A program made the translations under genes and the position numbers. From NCBI GenBank assembly GCA_951406725.2, contig OX597828.1, positions 55,366,001-55,430,000 of the forward strand: DNA of 64,000 nt. The letters run 5' to 3'. Below the pieces are notes generated by a model, which saw only the letters and a list, made by a program, of their open reading frames with translations, did not search any database and was not told where the DNA came from. Below are positions 13,101-22,716 of this stretch, one piece after another. The stretch comes from Octopus vulgaris (lineage: Eukaryota). Position 1 is the first letter of the stretch. Each line of letters starts with the position of its first letter.

Positions 13101-13581
13101 CGCACTACCTGTTCGAGAGAAGAGCTACAGACACGGTTCGAAAACCATCAGCGGACCGACCTGCCCGAGATGCGGTCAGAGCGACGAAACCGTTCTGCAC
13201 GCACTCGTGCAGTGTCCAGATATTTCAGAGCTGTGGTCCTTCGTCGAACAGCTGTTGTCACGTGTAGGTCAGGCTCGCCTATCGGCCGAGTCTATTGTGA
13301 ATATTGTTCCACCACCTTCCTTTAAACGGGAAGGGAAAACGGTTTTCGTTACGCTGATGGCTATGGCGAAAGAATGTGCGTGGTGGACGCGTTTGAAAGG
13401 ACTGCAAACAAACACCTTCCTCTCTGGTCAGTCTCTCGTCAACTTTTTCAAGTACCACTTGAAAAGGAGGATGAGAATAGAGAGGAAGGCTTTGTCGAAC
13501 GAATGTTTTAATAAAAAGTGGGTAAAAGTGGCAAAAATGGTCAGTATGAAAGACGACACTATTTTAAGCATAAATCTGTAA
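10132..13581 (+). CDS. LINE ORF2 polyprotein: APE endonuclease, reverse transcriptase, C-terminal zinc finger
   Basis: 1149 aa, uninterrupted. APE motifs NARGL, SET, VYAP, GDWN, YLDRI, YTDH. RT motifs KSPGLDG, FRPITLLN, DQSKAFDRV, VRQGCPLS, YADD, LLGV. C-terminal CPRC-x8-H-x4-C. GYWKLN linker typical of L1/Tx1. Confidence 0.96.
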   Translation: MSSMLKLGCVNARGLASAWKQGYLLNDIKSLDVDIVAISETRLSKPRALESMFGNQFDIYFSPCLPNMGGGGTAVLFRKSLKVKVRAIFLDPEGRLVVLDVDGRNGCAFRLMAVYAPSLTGRADFFRRLEVFLGTSRPLLLVGDWNATLDTHLDYVGRDRNRRGCKSLKDLLRRFHLSDRFRLDHPNVPTWTWTNRVGSSRSYLDRILCRTADRDSVGCPQFKIVSYTDHKFVTCTLDLDKTHRQGPGYWKLNTSLLARQVYRNRISELIKRALTGAVVNNRWWYALKMAIKSESIRFSKELAIERNRVEGNLVKKLEEALTTGSATNVLAARMALDQHLNAKHEGCVVRAKMRALRNEGIEAAREARVAEAQRGNRSTIRSLIDQQGCSLFEPERMCEAFQQHFARLFGASGGSERGMDFSAYLTDLPRLSAREAECCESPITAADVWDAMAGCARDKSPGLDGLPYELYCRMPDLFGDLLASVYCNWQQNGRSPGFVSRGAVTLLKKDSNKGNFIDNFRPITLLNADLKILAKVIAERLALVIGKLVDRAQTCAVPGRTIHDNLHLMRYIVDRVVKDPGMGGALINLDQSKAFDRVDHRYLAAVLRAAGFGPVFRGWIAALYSGIRSVIRVNGHLSKPFDITRSVRQGCPLSALLYVLTLEPLLRKLATLRGIPRELGCGTSVSAYADDVTVIVSSDKHIKMIGETLRKYETVTGAKINPEKSVGLLLGTWRSKPMPSDCGSVVGRWTDGPVKLLGVWFSPDLQMDKNWDEITSRVVALSQTWAERKLSLKGRAEVANAYIASVIDYRLTVVPCPDATITKLERILFRFLWKGGVPMVRKSICCQHPLNGGLGMPWLMMRRHALRLRHLWKFIDDGEQVWAPFVRRDFPQLVSLTELQTWIKKRPKLGDWHRECRQALQQLCRPGSNLCNFQTTKAFYRGLVEGRSDDTLGANLGVDEEFLTRLFRTTFGPGPMDNFQKSLAWQCYRDALPVREKSYRHGSKTISGPTCPRCGQSDETVLHALVQCPDISELWSFVEQLLSRVGQARLSAESIVNIVPPPSFKREGKTVFVTLMAMAKECAWWTRLKGLQTNTFLSGQSLVNFFKYHLKRRMRIERKALSNECFNKKWVKVAKMVSMKDDTILSINL

Positions 13582-13843
13582 CCAAAAGAGACAACGAGAA
13601 GTAAGGCGACTTACTCATGTGTTCTTTTTCGAATTGTCTGAGGTGACCTTGGTCTTTTTTGTAGGTTTTTCTTTCCAAGACTACACCTAAACTGTGAACC
13701 TTATATATATATATTGCTTTTTTATACACCACACAACCCACAGATCCCTATTGATCAAACGTTTTTTTTTTTTTTTTTCCCACCCATCCCACCTCGAAAA
13801 GAAAAAATTCTACATTGTATTTCGTCCATTTTTATTCTGTGTT

Positions 13844-13866
13844 TAGCCCTGTGTGGCTACAATAAA
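13844..13866 (+). promoter_or_regulatory. 3'-terminal stem-loop (TAGCC-CTGTGT-GGCTA) followed by AATAAA
   Basis: Conserved at 18528-18547 and 34504-34523, and related to the family-A SINE tail. Confidence 0.65.
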
Positions 13867-13869
13867 AAG

Positions 13870-13870
<1 letters not shown>

Positions 13871-13955
<85 letters not shown>

Positions 13956-13977
13956 GTCTGTCTGTCTGTCTGTCTGA

Positions 13978-14015
<38 letters not shown>

Positions 14016-14061
14016 GTCTGTCTGTCTGTCTGCCTGTCTGTCTGTCTGTCTGTCTGTCTGA

Positions 14062-14135
<74 letters not shown>
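13871..14135 (+). repeat. Compound (TATC)n/(TGTC)n array with a higher-order unit, 3' flank of the Tx1
   Basis: [(TATC)n(TGTC)nTGAC] twice, then (TATC)n. Confidence 0.95.
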
Positions 14136-14137
<2 letters not shown>

Positions 14138-14899
14138 ATATCTAGCTAGCTAGCTAACGTCTGTTTGTGTTAATTTAATTGTAAATTAATAAATATAATT
14201 TGTTACAAAACTGAATTGTTTCAACTTATGATCTTATGAGAGAAATATGGAAAGGCATAGATTATAGTATATATTATAATGAAATATAGACCTGAAAGTT
14301 TGCGGGAAAAAAAAATTCAACGTACAGCCGAAAGGATAAGTGAAACCTTGAGTAGGAAATCTTTTTATCCTTTCAGTTTCACTTCTAATGTATTCAATTA
14401 GAGATATTTATTTACAGACTCGACAAGAAGTGGTTTGATAAAATGGCTACACATATAAACAGAACTGGGTTGATAAAAAGGAAAGAGATAAGCAAAGTTA
14501 AAGGGGAGGGGTGGATGAAGAGTAACGATAGAGAAGATGAAGAAACTTATGTAACGACGACATAGGGAGGGGAAAGGAGGAAGCAGAAGAAGTTGAAGGG
14601 GAGGGAAAAGAGGAAGGGAATAATGATGTTTATGCTAAAGGTTTCGATTTGTATATATTTTTTTCTTCTAAGAGAATATAATTGGGAAAATAATTAGAAA
14701 GTGTATAGGAAGTGCATACATACATACATACATACATACATACATACATACATACATACATACATACATACATACATGCATGCATACATACACACACACA
14801 CACACACATACATACATGCATACATACATACATACATACATACATACATACCTTCATGTAAAAATTAAGGTGGAATACGGTAGATCTAGGTATAAGTCC

Positions 14900-16430
14900 C
14901 GCTTATCCATTTAATAATGCTCAAGTTTTGTAATTGATTTATATCTTCGAGGACTTATGTTAACTCGTTGAAATATTTTCACTGTGTTTATTTAGGATAA
15001 TACCTTTAGCAAAGAGTATAGCTGGATTTTCCATCGTGCACAAATTGCACGGTTTCTTGTAATAGACATGAAACCAACCTCTCAGTGGTATGTTCCATTC
15101 CACTCTTGTTTGCAATTAATGTTCAGCTCTTTAACTCTCATATAAACTTAGAGCTGCGATTCCGTTGCTCAGCATGCATCTCGAATAGGCTTATCTCACA
15201 ATATTTCTGTGCCTGTAGAGTTTGCCTCAGGAAATGATCTCCGGTCGTACTGCTATATCATGCATTACTGGACGTTCTCTTTAGATTCTGAGGTGCAAGT
15301 TTTCCGAAACAAGCTCCTTCGTTGTCATTAACACCAAAAGCTACCTTGAAGATCGTTGCTCTTCCTCAACACATTTCCCTCCCTGAAGCTATAACGAGGA
15401 AGTTTTACGGATCGCATCTCCCGAACGGTTAAGGACTCTGACAAAATTCTTGGTGTCATGTACCCAGACTTGAACTTCCCTTGACCTAAGTAAGCAACTC
15501 CTTTAAAGAGACCTGCTGAAAGGGAAGAAACATGCTGGATAAAGAGCGACTACACCTGTTCTTCGTATGTAGATACGAAAATCAATGTAGAAACGGAAGT
15601 CCCCTGCTGTCTCTGTTGCATTGTTTGCTCTGATCATTTAAATAAAATGCCGCTGAAAAGCGGCCACACATCTGCCTGGAATAAAACAGGACATACCCCT
15701 CTCGGTCTATCACAGACCGAATTGTAGCTTTGATGCCACGTCACGTCTCTGCCACCTAGGTCCCTCCAACACCTTTCGTTTCCATCATATTTAAGAGCTG
15801 GCGCCTTAGCTCTGAAGATGCAGCATTCGTCTTCCACGTTCAAGAAATAGTCGAGAGCCATTCTCGTCGCTATCACATTCTCGCAATGCTTTCCTTATCA
15901 TCTCTTTTAATACGCACCTCTCGTCTATTTTTCTTCATTGCTACTTCTTTCATAAATGCTATTGATTTTACTCTGATCGTCCTGTTCAAGGCGCCATCAC
16001 CAGTCAACAGCCACTTAATCTTCTGTCACCGGCTCCTTAATTAATTTGCTAATATTGTTTCTGTAGGGTTTCGCACCGGGAACGACGCCATCAGTTTCCA
16101 GTAACTGAATTCCTGTCTATGTTTTTCCTCTATGTCAACCTGCTTATTTTGTGAGTATGTATGGAAATATACTGGTGTCACGGATGACTACTACAACCTG
16201 TCTTCTGCGTTTAGTGACCTAAAATTGTTGAGCAAGTAACTCAAGTTGAAAATAGTCTAAGACACATGCATGGCCATCTTGACCGCGAAAAGGAATTTGA
16301 GAGAGGTCATTCACATTGATTTTGGAGAAAGACGAAGTAATCCAGTCTTCTCCTCGGGAAAGATTTCTTAACCGCTCTTCTATTTTTTCTCTGAGCATCA
16401 TTTAGACGCTTGTCAACTTCTTTAAGCAAA
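14900..16430 (-). mobile_element. Ancient Tx1-type ORF2 relic with an internal deletion spanning the RT domain
   Basis: Minus frames give YWKL (~16100) and ATRMALDYFLNVEDECCIFRAKAPALKYDG (cf. AARMALDQHLNAKHEGCVVRAKMRALRNEG). GLPFL follows shortly after (~15600), then GKLYRH..YSRC (~15200). Boundaries approximate. Confidence 0.75.
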
Positions 16431-16936
16431 AGTCTATTGTGTAGAGTGTAGTGGCGAACTATTCAAGCATCTACCACTTTGTGTTCGTATTTATGTGTGT
16501 GTGTGTGTGCTGTGCAATGTATCTCATCAAATCACTTTTGTTTCTGTTCACAACAGTGTAGTTAATGAGAAGTGGTTCATATGTGTTTGGGTAAAGAAAA
16601 CCACACAATACCAATAAATCAGTTTTTTGTTCGTCACATCAATGTGGTGTGCGTATTGTTTTATGATAATAAATACTTCTGTAGAACATACAGAATACTG
16701 AACCGCAAAAGACACTAAACAACACTGACGATGTCTATATCTATTCATAAAAGCTTTCTCTATTGTTTGGAGTTAATCTTTCTTGTCGTCTGCTTTTTGC
16801 TGAGATTTGCTGCTGATCTGCTTTTTTTATTGTTCGTATTTTTTCCCTTCTTCCAACGTTCGATGTCGTTGGCGTTAACAGTTTTAATCCAAACTTCGCA
16901 TGACACAAATTGTTCTTTGTATTCCTTTGTTTTCAC

Positions 16937-16973
<37 letters not shown>

Positions 16974-17082
16974 CGCGCGTGCGCACACACACACTTCCAC
17001 CTCGACACAACACCCTTTGCAGGCACACTTACAAGCGTAAACATATTTATAAACACATGTACAACTTATCTGTCTCTCTCAC

Positions 17083-17121
<39 letters not shown>

Positions 17122-17852
17122 CGTTTGTCTCTGTGTGTATGTATATGTGTATATATATATATATATATGTGTGTGTGTATGTGTGTGTGTGTGTGCGTGC
17201 GTGCGTGTGTGTATAAGTATATACATGTTTGTATATATATATCCATATATATATATATACATACACACACACACATATATATATATATATACATATATAT
17301 AGAGAGAGACACAAACCCATGCATGCATACACATATTGGTATATATATTTTTGGATATATATGCCTGTGTGTTTACACACACGTGTATGTATATATACGT
17401 GTGTGAGTGTGCGTCTGTGTATGCGTGCGTATATGTATGTGTTAGTATATTTCATTGTTATGACAGATCAATCTAGAAGAAAAATGGTCTACAGATTGAC
17501 AGAGATTCGTTCACAGAGAACAAGTCGATAAAAGGCAAAGAATTGAATCAAAGACAATAGAACAATGCCGACGCTGAAAGAACTAAGCTTGTCTACAGAC
17601 TTTATTAAAGGTCTGAATGTGTTCAGCTCTGGTTACTGTGTAACACAGACGTCTATATATGAACTACTGAGGAGATAAAATCTATAAATATTCACATACA
17701 ACTCTACGTTTCTATTCCGACATGAAAATGTCTGGCTTCACCGTTCGCTCTATCTCATCCTTACTATCCTCTCGTACTTCCTGTCTTTCTTTCTTTCTCT
17801 GTCTCTCTCTCCCTCATTCTTTCCCTTTCTTTCTCTGTCATGTATATATAGA

Positions 17853-17900
<48 letters not shown>

Positions 17901-18044
17901 GGCATATATATATATATTAAACGCGCACACACACATACATACATATACACATACATACATACATACATACATACATACATACATACATACATACATACAT
18001 ACATACATACATGTGAACAAATAACAACAGACGGATAATGGTTC

Positions 18045-18150
18045 ATTCACTACAGCTGTTTCAAGCGAGATTTTTTTTTTATTGATTATCAGAATTATTA
18101 AATCATGCCAAAAAAAAAAAGAAAAGAAAACCTTTTTTCATCTGGTGAAT
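18045..18150 (-). ncRNA. Degenerate hammerhead-like motif with long helix II region
   Basis: Minus strand reads ATTCAC-CAGATGA-...-GAAA-CAGCTG-T-A-GTGAAT: 6-bp helix I, palindromic helix III, core with U4 changed to A. Confidence 0.35.
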
Positions 18151-18272
18151 ATACACGAATTAAACATTTTAAATAAACATCCGAAGAATGAACATTATGT
18201 ACGACTTCATGTTTTCTTGGCTATCTTCAGCCTAAGAATGATTCGCTTATACTAGTTAGTACTTTTAATCTA

Positions 18273-18335
<63 letters not shown>

Positions 18336-18336
<1 letters not shown>

Positions 18337-18553
18337 ATTTTTCCTCTCCCCCTTTTTTTTTAACCCCCCCTTTTTTTGTCCTCTTTCTCTCCTTTTACGA
18401 TCCCTTTTGATCGACACCCCCTTTTTTTTATTTTATTTTTTATTTTATTTTTTTAATTTTTAATTTTTTTTTTTTTTTAAACCTTCAAAAGAAAAGCTCT
18501 ACCTTGTAATTTGTTCTATCTGTGTGCAGCCCTGTGTGGCTAATAAAGAAACA
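18336..18553 (+). mobile_element. Severely 5'-truncated Tx1 copy (3' UTR only) within (TATC)n
   Basis: ccttttacgatccc..gatcga..aaaagaaaagctctaccttgtaa..tctgtgtgcagccctgtgtggctaataaagaaac matches 34386-34528. (TATC)n lies on both sides. Confidence 0.88.
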
Positions 18554-19195
18554 TATCTATCTATCTATCAATCTATCTATCTATCTATCTTCCTCGCTCT
18601 CTCTCTCTCTCTATATATATATATCTTTATCTTTTATTAAACTTTTAATACTTTTGATATTTAAAAAAAAATAATAAATTAACTAATTAATTAATTAATA
18701 AAATAATATATAAATATAAAAATATACATACATATATATATATATTTGTATATATATATATAATTTATAAGTTTAAATTATTTAAATAATTATTTATTTT
18801 TAACTTTTATATTTTAAAATTAATTTTATGTATTGGCTTATGTTTTTCACTGTTTGATTTGCCTAATAGTGGTTTTATCTCTAATATAATATAATATAAT
18901 ATAATATATTTATACTATAAAATTGGATTTAATCCTAAATCTAATTTTTCCCTGTAAGTTTGGATTTATTCCCTAATATTATATATATATATATATATAT
19001 GTACATGTGTGTTTGCGCGTGTATATGTATAAACATCTGTATACACTTGTATAATATGTATATATATATATATATATGTATGTGTGTATGCATATAGGTA
19101 TGTATCTAAAAGCAATATATATAATTAATATAATTAATATAAACAGCAGTTTATAATTGCCATTATAATTGCCATTAAGTGTCACGAGGGTGTTA

Positions 19196-19369
19196 AGAAA
19201 CTGACGTCACTATTAAGGATTTTCGATCGGAATTTTTGGATGATTCAGGTCCCTGTAACTGCATATACTTCCATTCATGTGCGTTAACTGCAGTATTAGG
19301 GCATTTTAGCTTTTATTTCTAGCAACGTAGTTGTTTCTTAGCAACCTAGTCACATTTAGTGACAATTAT
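19196..19369. repeat. Interspersed repeat of unknown class; inverted homologue at 23256-23435
   Basis: ctagtcacatttagtgacaattata / tataattgtcgctaaatgtgactag and the adjacent ~150 bp align in opposite orientation. Confidence 0.7.
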
Positions 19370-19390
19370 ATGTATATATATATATATATA

Positions 19391-19613
19391 CTTTATTTAA
19401 AGCAGCAGAAAATTCAACAAAACCTGTTACTCTGAGTTTCCCGCTGCCGTTCATCGGACAGTTTTTGCAAAAACTGTCCGATGAACGGCAACGGGAAACT
19501 CAGAGTAACAGGTTTTGTTGAATTTTCTGCTGCTTTAAATAAAGCATATTACTCAACCACTGGTATTTGAGAACTCTTTTTTCCACCTTGTTTCACATTT
19601 ATGTGTTTACTCC

Positions 19614-19616
<3 letters not shown>
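19391..19616 (+). mobile_element. (TA)n-embedded element starting with a 154-bp palindrome (Penelope-like terminus with 5' inversion)
   Basis: 19391-19544 is self-complementary (77-bp arms, no spacer, one mismatch) and is followed by a ~70-bp unique tail. Hammerhead-like motif at 19474-19511. Confidence 0.6.
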
Positions 19617-19651
<35 letters not shown>

Positions 19652-19704
19652 CATACACACATATATATATATATTTATATATATATATAGGTGTATGTAA
19701 ATAT

Positions 19705-19756
<52 letters not shown>

Positions 19757-19800
19757 GCATATATATATATATTCATACTCTCAAACATCTATGGTCTCTT

Positions 19801-19839
<39 letters not shown>

Positions 19840-20269
19840 AACCTTAGGTGGTTAGCTTAAGCTGTTTAATACCACTATCTCGTTTACCAAGGCCATATTA
19901 TCCAGTGATATTTGGACAGTTCTTGCATTGGAATTTTTTCTGTCATAAGCGTTGACATTTCCAATTAGTATGTAAGAGATCTTACGTGGAAACTGGTTAA
20001 CTGGTTTATTTTTGCTTGTATGTCATCAAAGAATTCATATATACGCCTACGAACACTTTCATACATAACACGCATGCGTGCACACACACACACATGTACA
20101 CACACAGACAAACAAACATATATATATTATATACAAAGGAAGAGTCCAGTGTAATCCATGGGTAGGAGAGGTGCAGCCGAAGCGTAGGAGTCCAGGTGCA
20201 GGAGAGTAGAAGAAAGTCCAGGTAGAGAATCCAGATAGAATAGTCCAAGAAAAGTTCGAAGTGGAGGTG

Positions 20270-20458
20270 GAGATAGATCGTTAGCCACAAAACCTCTTTC
20301 TATTTTCCCTCGCTGTTTATTAGTGTTCCTTTCTGTCGAAGAGCGTAGGCTCGAAACGTAAAAGACTTTTTCACTTCGCGAGCGTTAAACTAATACATCT
20401 GTTTGTTGCTTAGACACCCGTCTTCGTCTATTGTTTTTTTTTGTAAATTCTCACTATA
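20270..20458 (+). mobile_element. Penelope-like short element with hammerhead-like motif (20329-20364)
   Basis: CTTT-CTGTCGA-A-GAGC(GTAG)GCTC-GAAA-CG-T-A-AAAG. Homologous to 37940-38135 and 44703-44908. Confidence 0.6.
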
Positions 20459-20526
20459 TTATATACACATAGGCATACAAAATATTTATCTGAAACTAGC
20501 TTATACATTCATGAATACATACACAC

Positions 20527-21258
20527 AGTGGATTTCCAAGATATAGCACCCCACTGCAGATCATCACAGATCTTCCTCCATCTTTAACAGTTGGAAGAAG
20601 GCAGTCTGGATCAAATGCTTCTTTTGGCTTTCTCCGCATGCATACTCGGCCGGTGGTCAGAAATAAGGTAAAGGATGATGACAAGGCGGCGAGCTGGCAG
20701 AATCGTTAGCACGTCGGGCGAAATGCTTGGGGTCGATGTAATCGACTTAATACCTATGTCTGTCCTTGTTTGTCCCCTCTGTGTTTAGCCCCTTGTGGGT
20801 AATAAAGAAATAGGTAAAGGATGATTCCTCCGAGAAAATAACATTCTTCCACTGCTTTAGGGATCAATTCTATAGGTTTTTATTCCACTCGAAACGTTTG
20901 TTTCTGAAAGTAGTGGTTTTCTGATTGCTGCCCTTCCGTGAAATCCGGCTTTGTGCAGTTCCCGGCGAACATTTTTTGTGAAACTGGGTTCTCGAGATGG
21001 TCATTAAGCTCTGCAGTAATTTTAGGAGCTGCACTTTGGTGGTCCTTTCTAACAATTCGCCTAAGAGTCCGACGGTCCCTATCTAAAAGTGTTAGTTTTC
21101 TTTTTGTTTTAGTTTTGTTTCCATGAGGATGTTTTTCCCTCTTTCTCAAAGACTGTCATTACTTTCGAGTCAGTACTTCTTGATACACCAAATATTTCGG
21201 CTGTTTTCGTTACGCTAGCGCCTGCCATGCGAGCACCAACAATTTGACCTCTTTGAAA
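20527..21258 (-). mobile_element. Tc1-family DNA transposase relic, interrupted by a SINE
   Basis: Minus frames give FQRGQIVGARMAGASVTKTAEIFGVSRST, DRDRRTLRRIVRKDHQSAAPKITAELN, QWKNVIFSEESSFTLF and EAFDPDCLLPTVKDGGRSVMI. Confidence 0.88.
20683..20811 (+). mobile_element. SINE family A, internally deleted, tail type 1, 14-bp TSD
   Basis: Head ggcggcgagctggcagaatcgttagc joined to ggggtcgatgtaatcgac...tagccccttgtgggtaataaagaaat. TSD AGGTAAAGGATGAT at 20666-20679 and 20812-20825. Confidence 0.88.
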
Positions 21259-21279
21259 TTATATATATGAGTGTGCGTG

Positions 21280-21480
21280 TGTGTGTCTTTGTATCTATGC
21301 TTGTGCTATTCAACCGCTTCTTAATGTAGTTATGCCCCCGCAACTTAGTGGTTCACCAAAAAGCAATATGATATTACCAAATTTGAAAAAATAATGTCTG
21401 GGGTCTATTTGTTCGGCTAAATCCCAGTAAAGCGGTGATCCAACATGGCTGCAGTCCAGTATCTTGAAGCAAGTGGACGA
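21280..21480 (+). mobile_element. Degenerate 3' half of SINE family B
   Basis: cccccgcaacttagtggttc..ctggggtctatttg..gcggtgatccaacatggctgcagtc matches 24100-24235. Confidence 0.6.
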
Positions 21481-22235
21481 AAGTGATGGAAAAGATATTG
21501 ATCCAATACTCTATCTCTCTCTTTCTCACACATACGCACACACATACGCACATAAATGCATACACACGCATACATGAACAAACACACATACAGAGTAGAA
21601 AAAGAAAAACTAAAGCAGCAACAAGGAAACCATAGTGCTACCTGTTGAAACAAATTCGTTATAAACAAAAGAAAGAAATCCTCAGCTTGTTAAAATTACC
21701 TTCGTTCATAACAATAGGACCGCTTAGGATATTGTCTAAAACGAAGGCAGAATATAACTAGAAGACAAGAGAAAAGAAATGTATTTGCATATGTGTGTGT
21801 GCTTTTGCGTGAAAGTGTTTATATGTGTGGGCGTGCGGTGATGTACGTCAAAAAAGCCAGTGAAGCAAAGATTATGTTCATGATAAAACATGTGCTAATA
21901 TAGATTAAACATATTGCTTGTTCAGTGTGAAAGTTATAAAGTCCAACTGACATACAACGATATGAAGCAACAATGGTAACAACAATGAAACAAAAGACTA
22001 GAACACACACGCTGAGCGTGCGCACACAAAAGAAGAAAAAAAAACAGAACAAAACTTGATGAATATAAATATGATCGAATGAAAAACGAAACGAAAGCAA
22101 ACGAATATGTGAAGACAGGTTTGAAGTAAGACCCGTATCGGCACGAACAAACACTGCGTATACCTACGGAAAACCACAAGGATCGAAAGACATACATATT
22201 TATCATGACACGTACGAATACAACCACAGCTGAAA

Positions 22236-22425
22236 TGGAGGCGTAAAGGCCCAGTGGTTAGGGCAGCGGACTCATGGTCGTAAGAACGCGGTTTCGATTC
22301 CCAGACCGGACATTGTGAGTGTTTATTGAGCAAAAACACCTAAGCTCCACCAGGCTCCGGCAGGGAGGGTGGTGAACCCCGCTGTACTCTTCACCATAAC
22401 TTTCTCTCATTCTTTCTTCCTACTT
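22236..22425 (+). mobile_element. tRNA-derived SINE family C
   Basis: A box (ggcccagtggttagggc), B box (ggtttcgattccc) and body shared with 32690-32880 and 37265-37449. Confidence 0.8.
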
Positions 22426-22716
22426 CTGCCACAAAGCAGAGGAACCATAGTTTAACCCACTATGGTGTGATAAACTTTCAGACCCTAGTCTAGATTGCGT
22501 ATCCTCTGTACCCTAGGATGATTCAGCTCTCCACCCGTTAAAAGCCACCGTTTACGGAATGAGGATAACAACGTAGCTTTCGTGCCTGTGCAACCGCTAG
22601 TCTATCGCGTGTGGTGGTGGTGGGGGATCTTCAAGTTGCCGCACGCATTCTTAGTAGCTTAGAGTAGGCTCGAATTAGAGATTATTCTTTGTGGCTAATG
22701 GCGTGAGTCCTGATTG

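Larger units (their letters stand above)
7978..13870 (+). mobile_element. Full-length Tx1-type (L1 clade) non-LTR retrotransposon inserted in a (TATC)n array
   Basis: ~325-nt 5' UTR, ORF1 with CCHC knuckle, intact APE-RT-zinc-finger ORF2, and ~290-nt 3' UTR ending in a hairpin plus AATAAA. (TATC)n directly abuts both ends. Confidence 0.92.

Noticed and set aside
10259-13325. Short ORFs overlapping ORF2 on either strand
   Set aside because: Shadow frames of a GC-rich coding sequence with no independent motifs.
7960-13890. Target-site duplication of the full-length Tx1
   Set aside because: Both flanks are the same tandem repeat, so a TSD length cannot be defined.
22236-22315. tRNA-like sequences with A and B boxes (also 23791, 32800-32880, 47700-47786)
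   Set aside because: They continue into shared SINE bodies and I could not fold complete cloverleaves. They are SINE heads, not tRNA genes.
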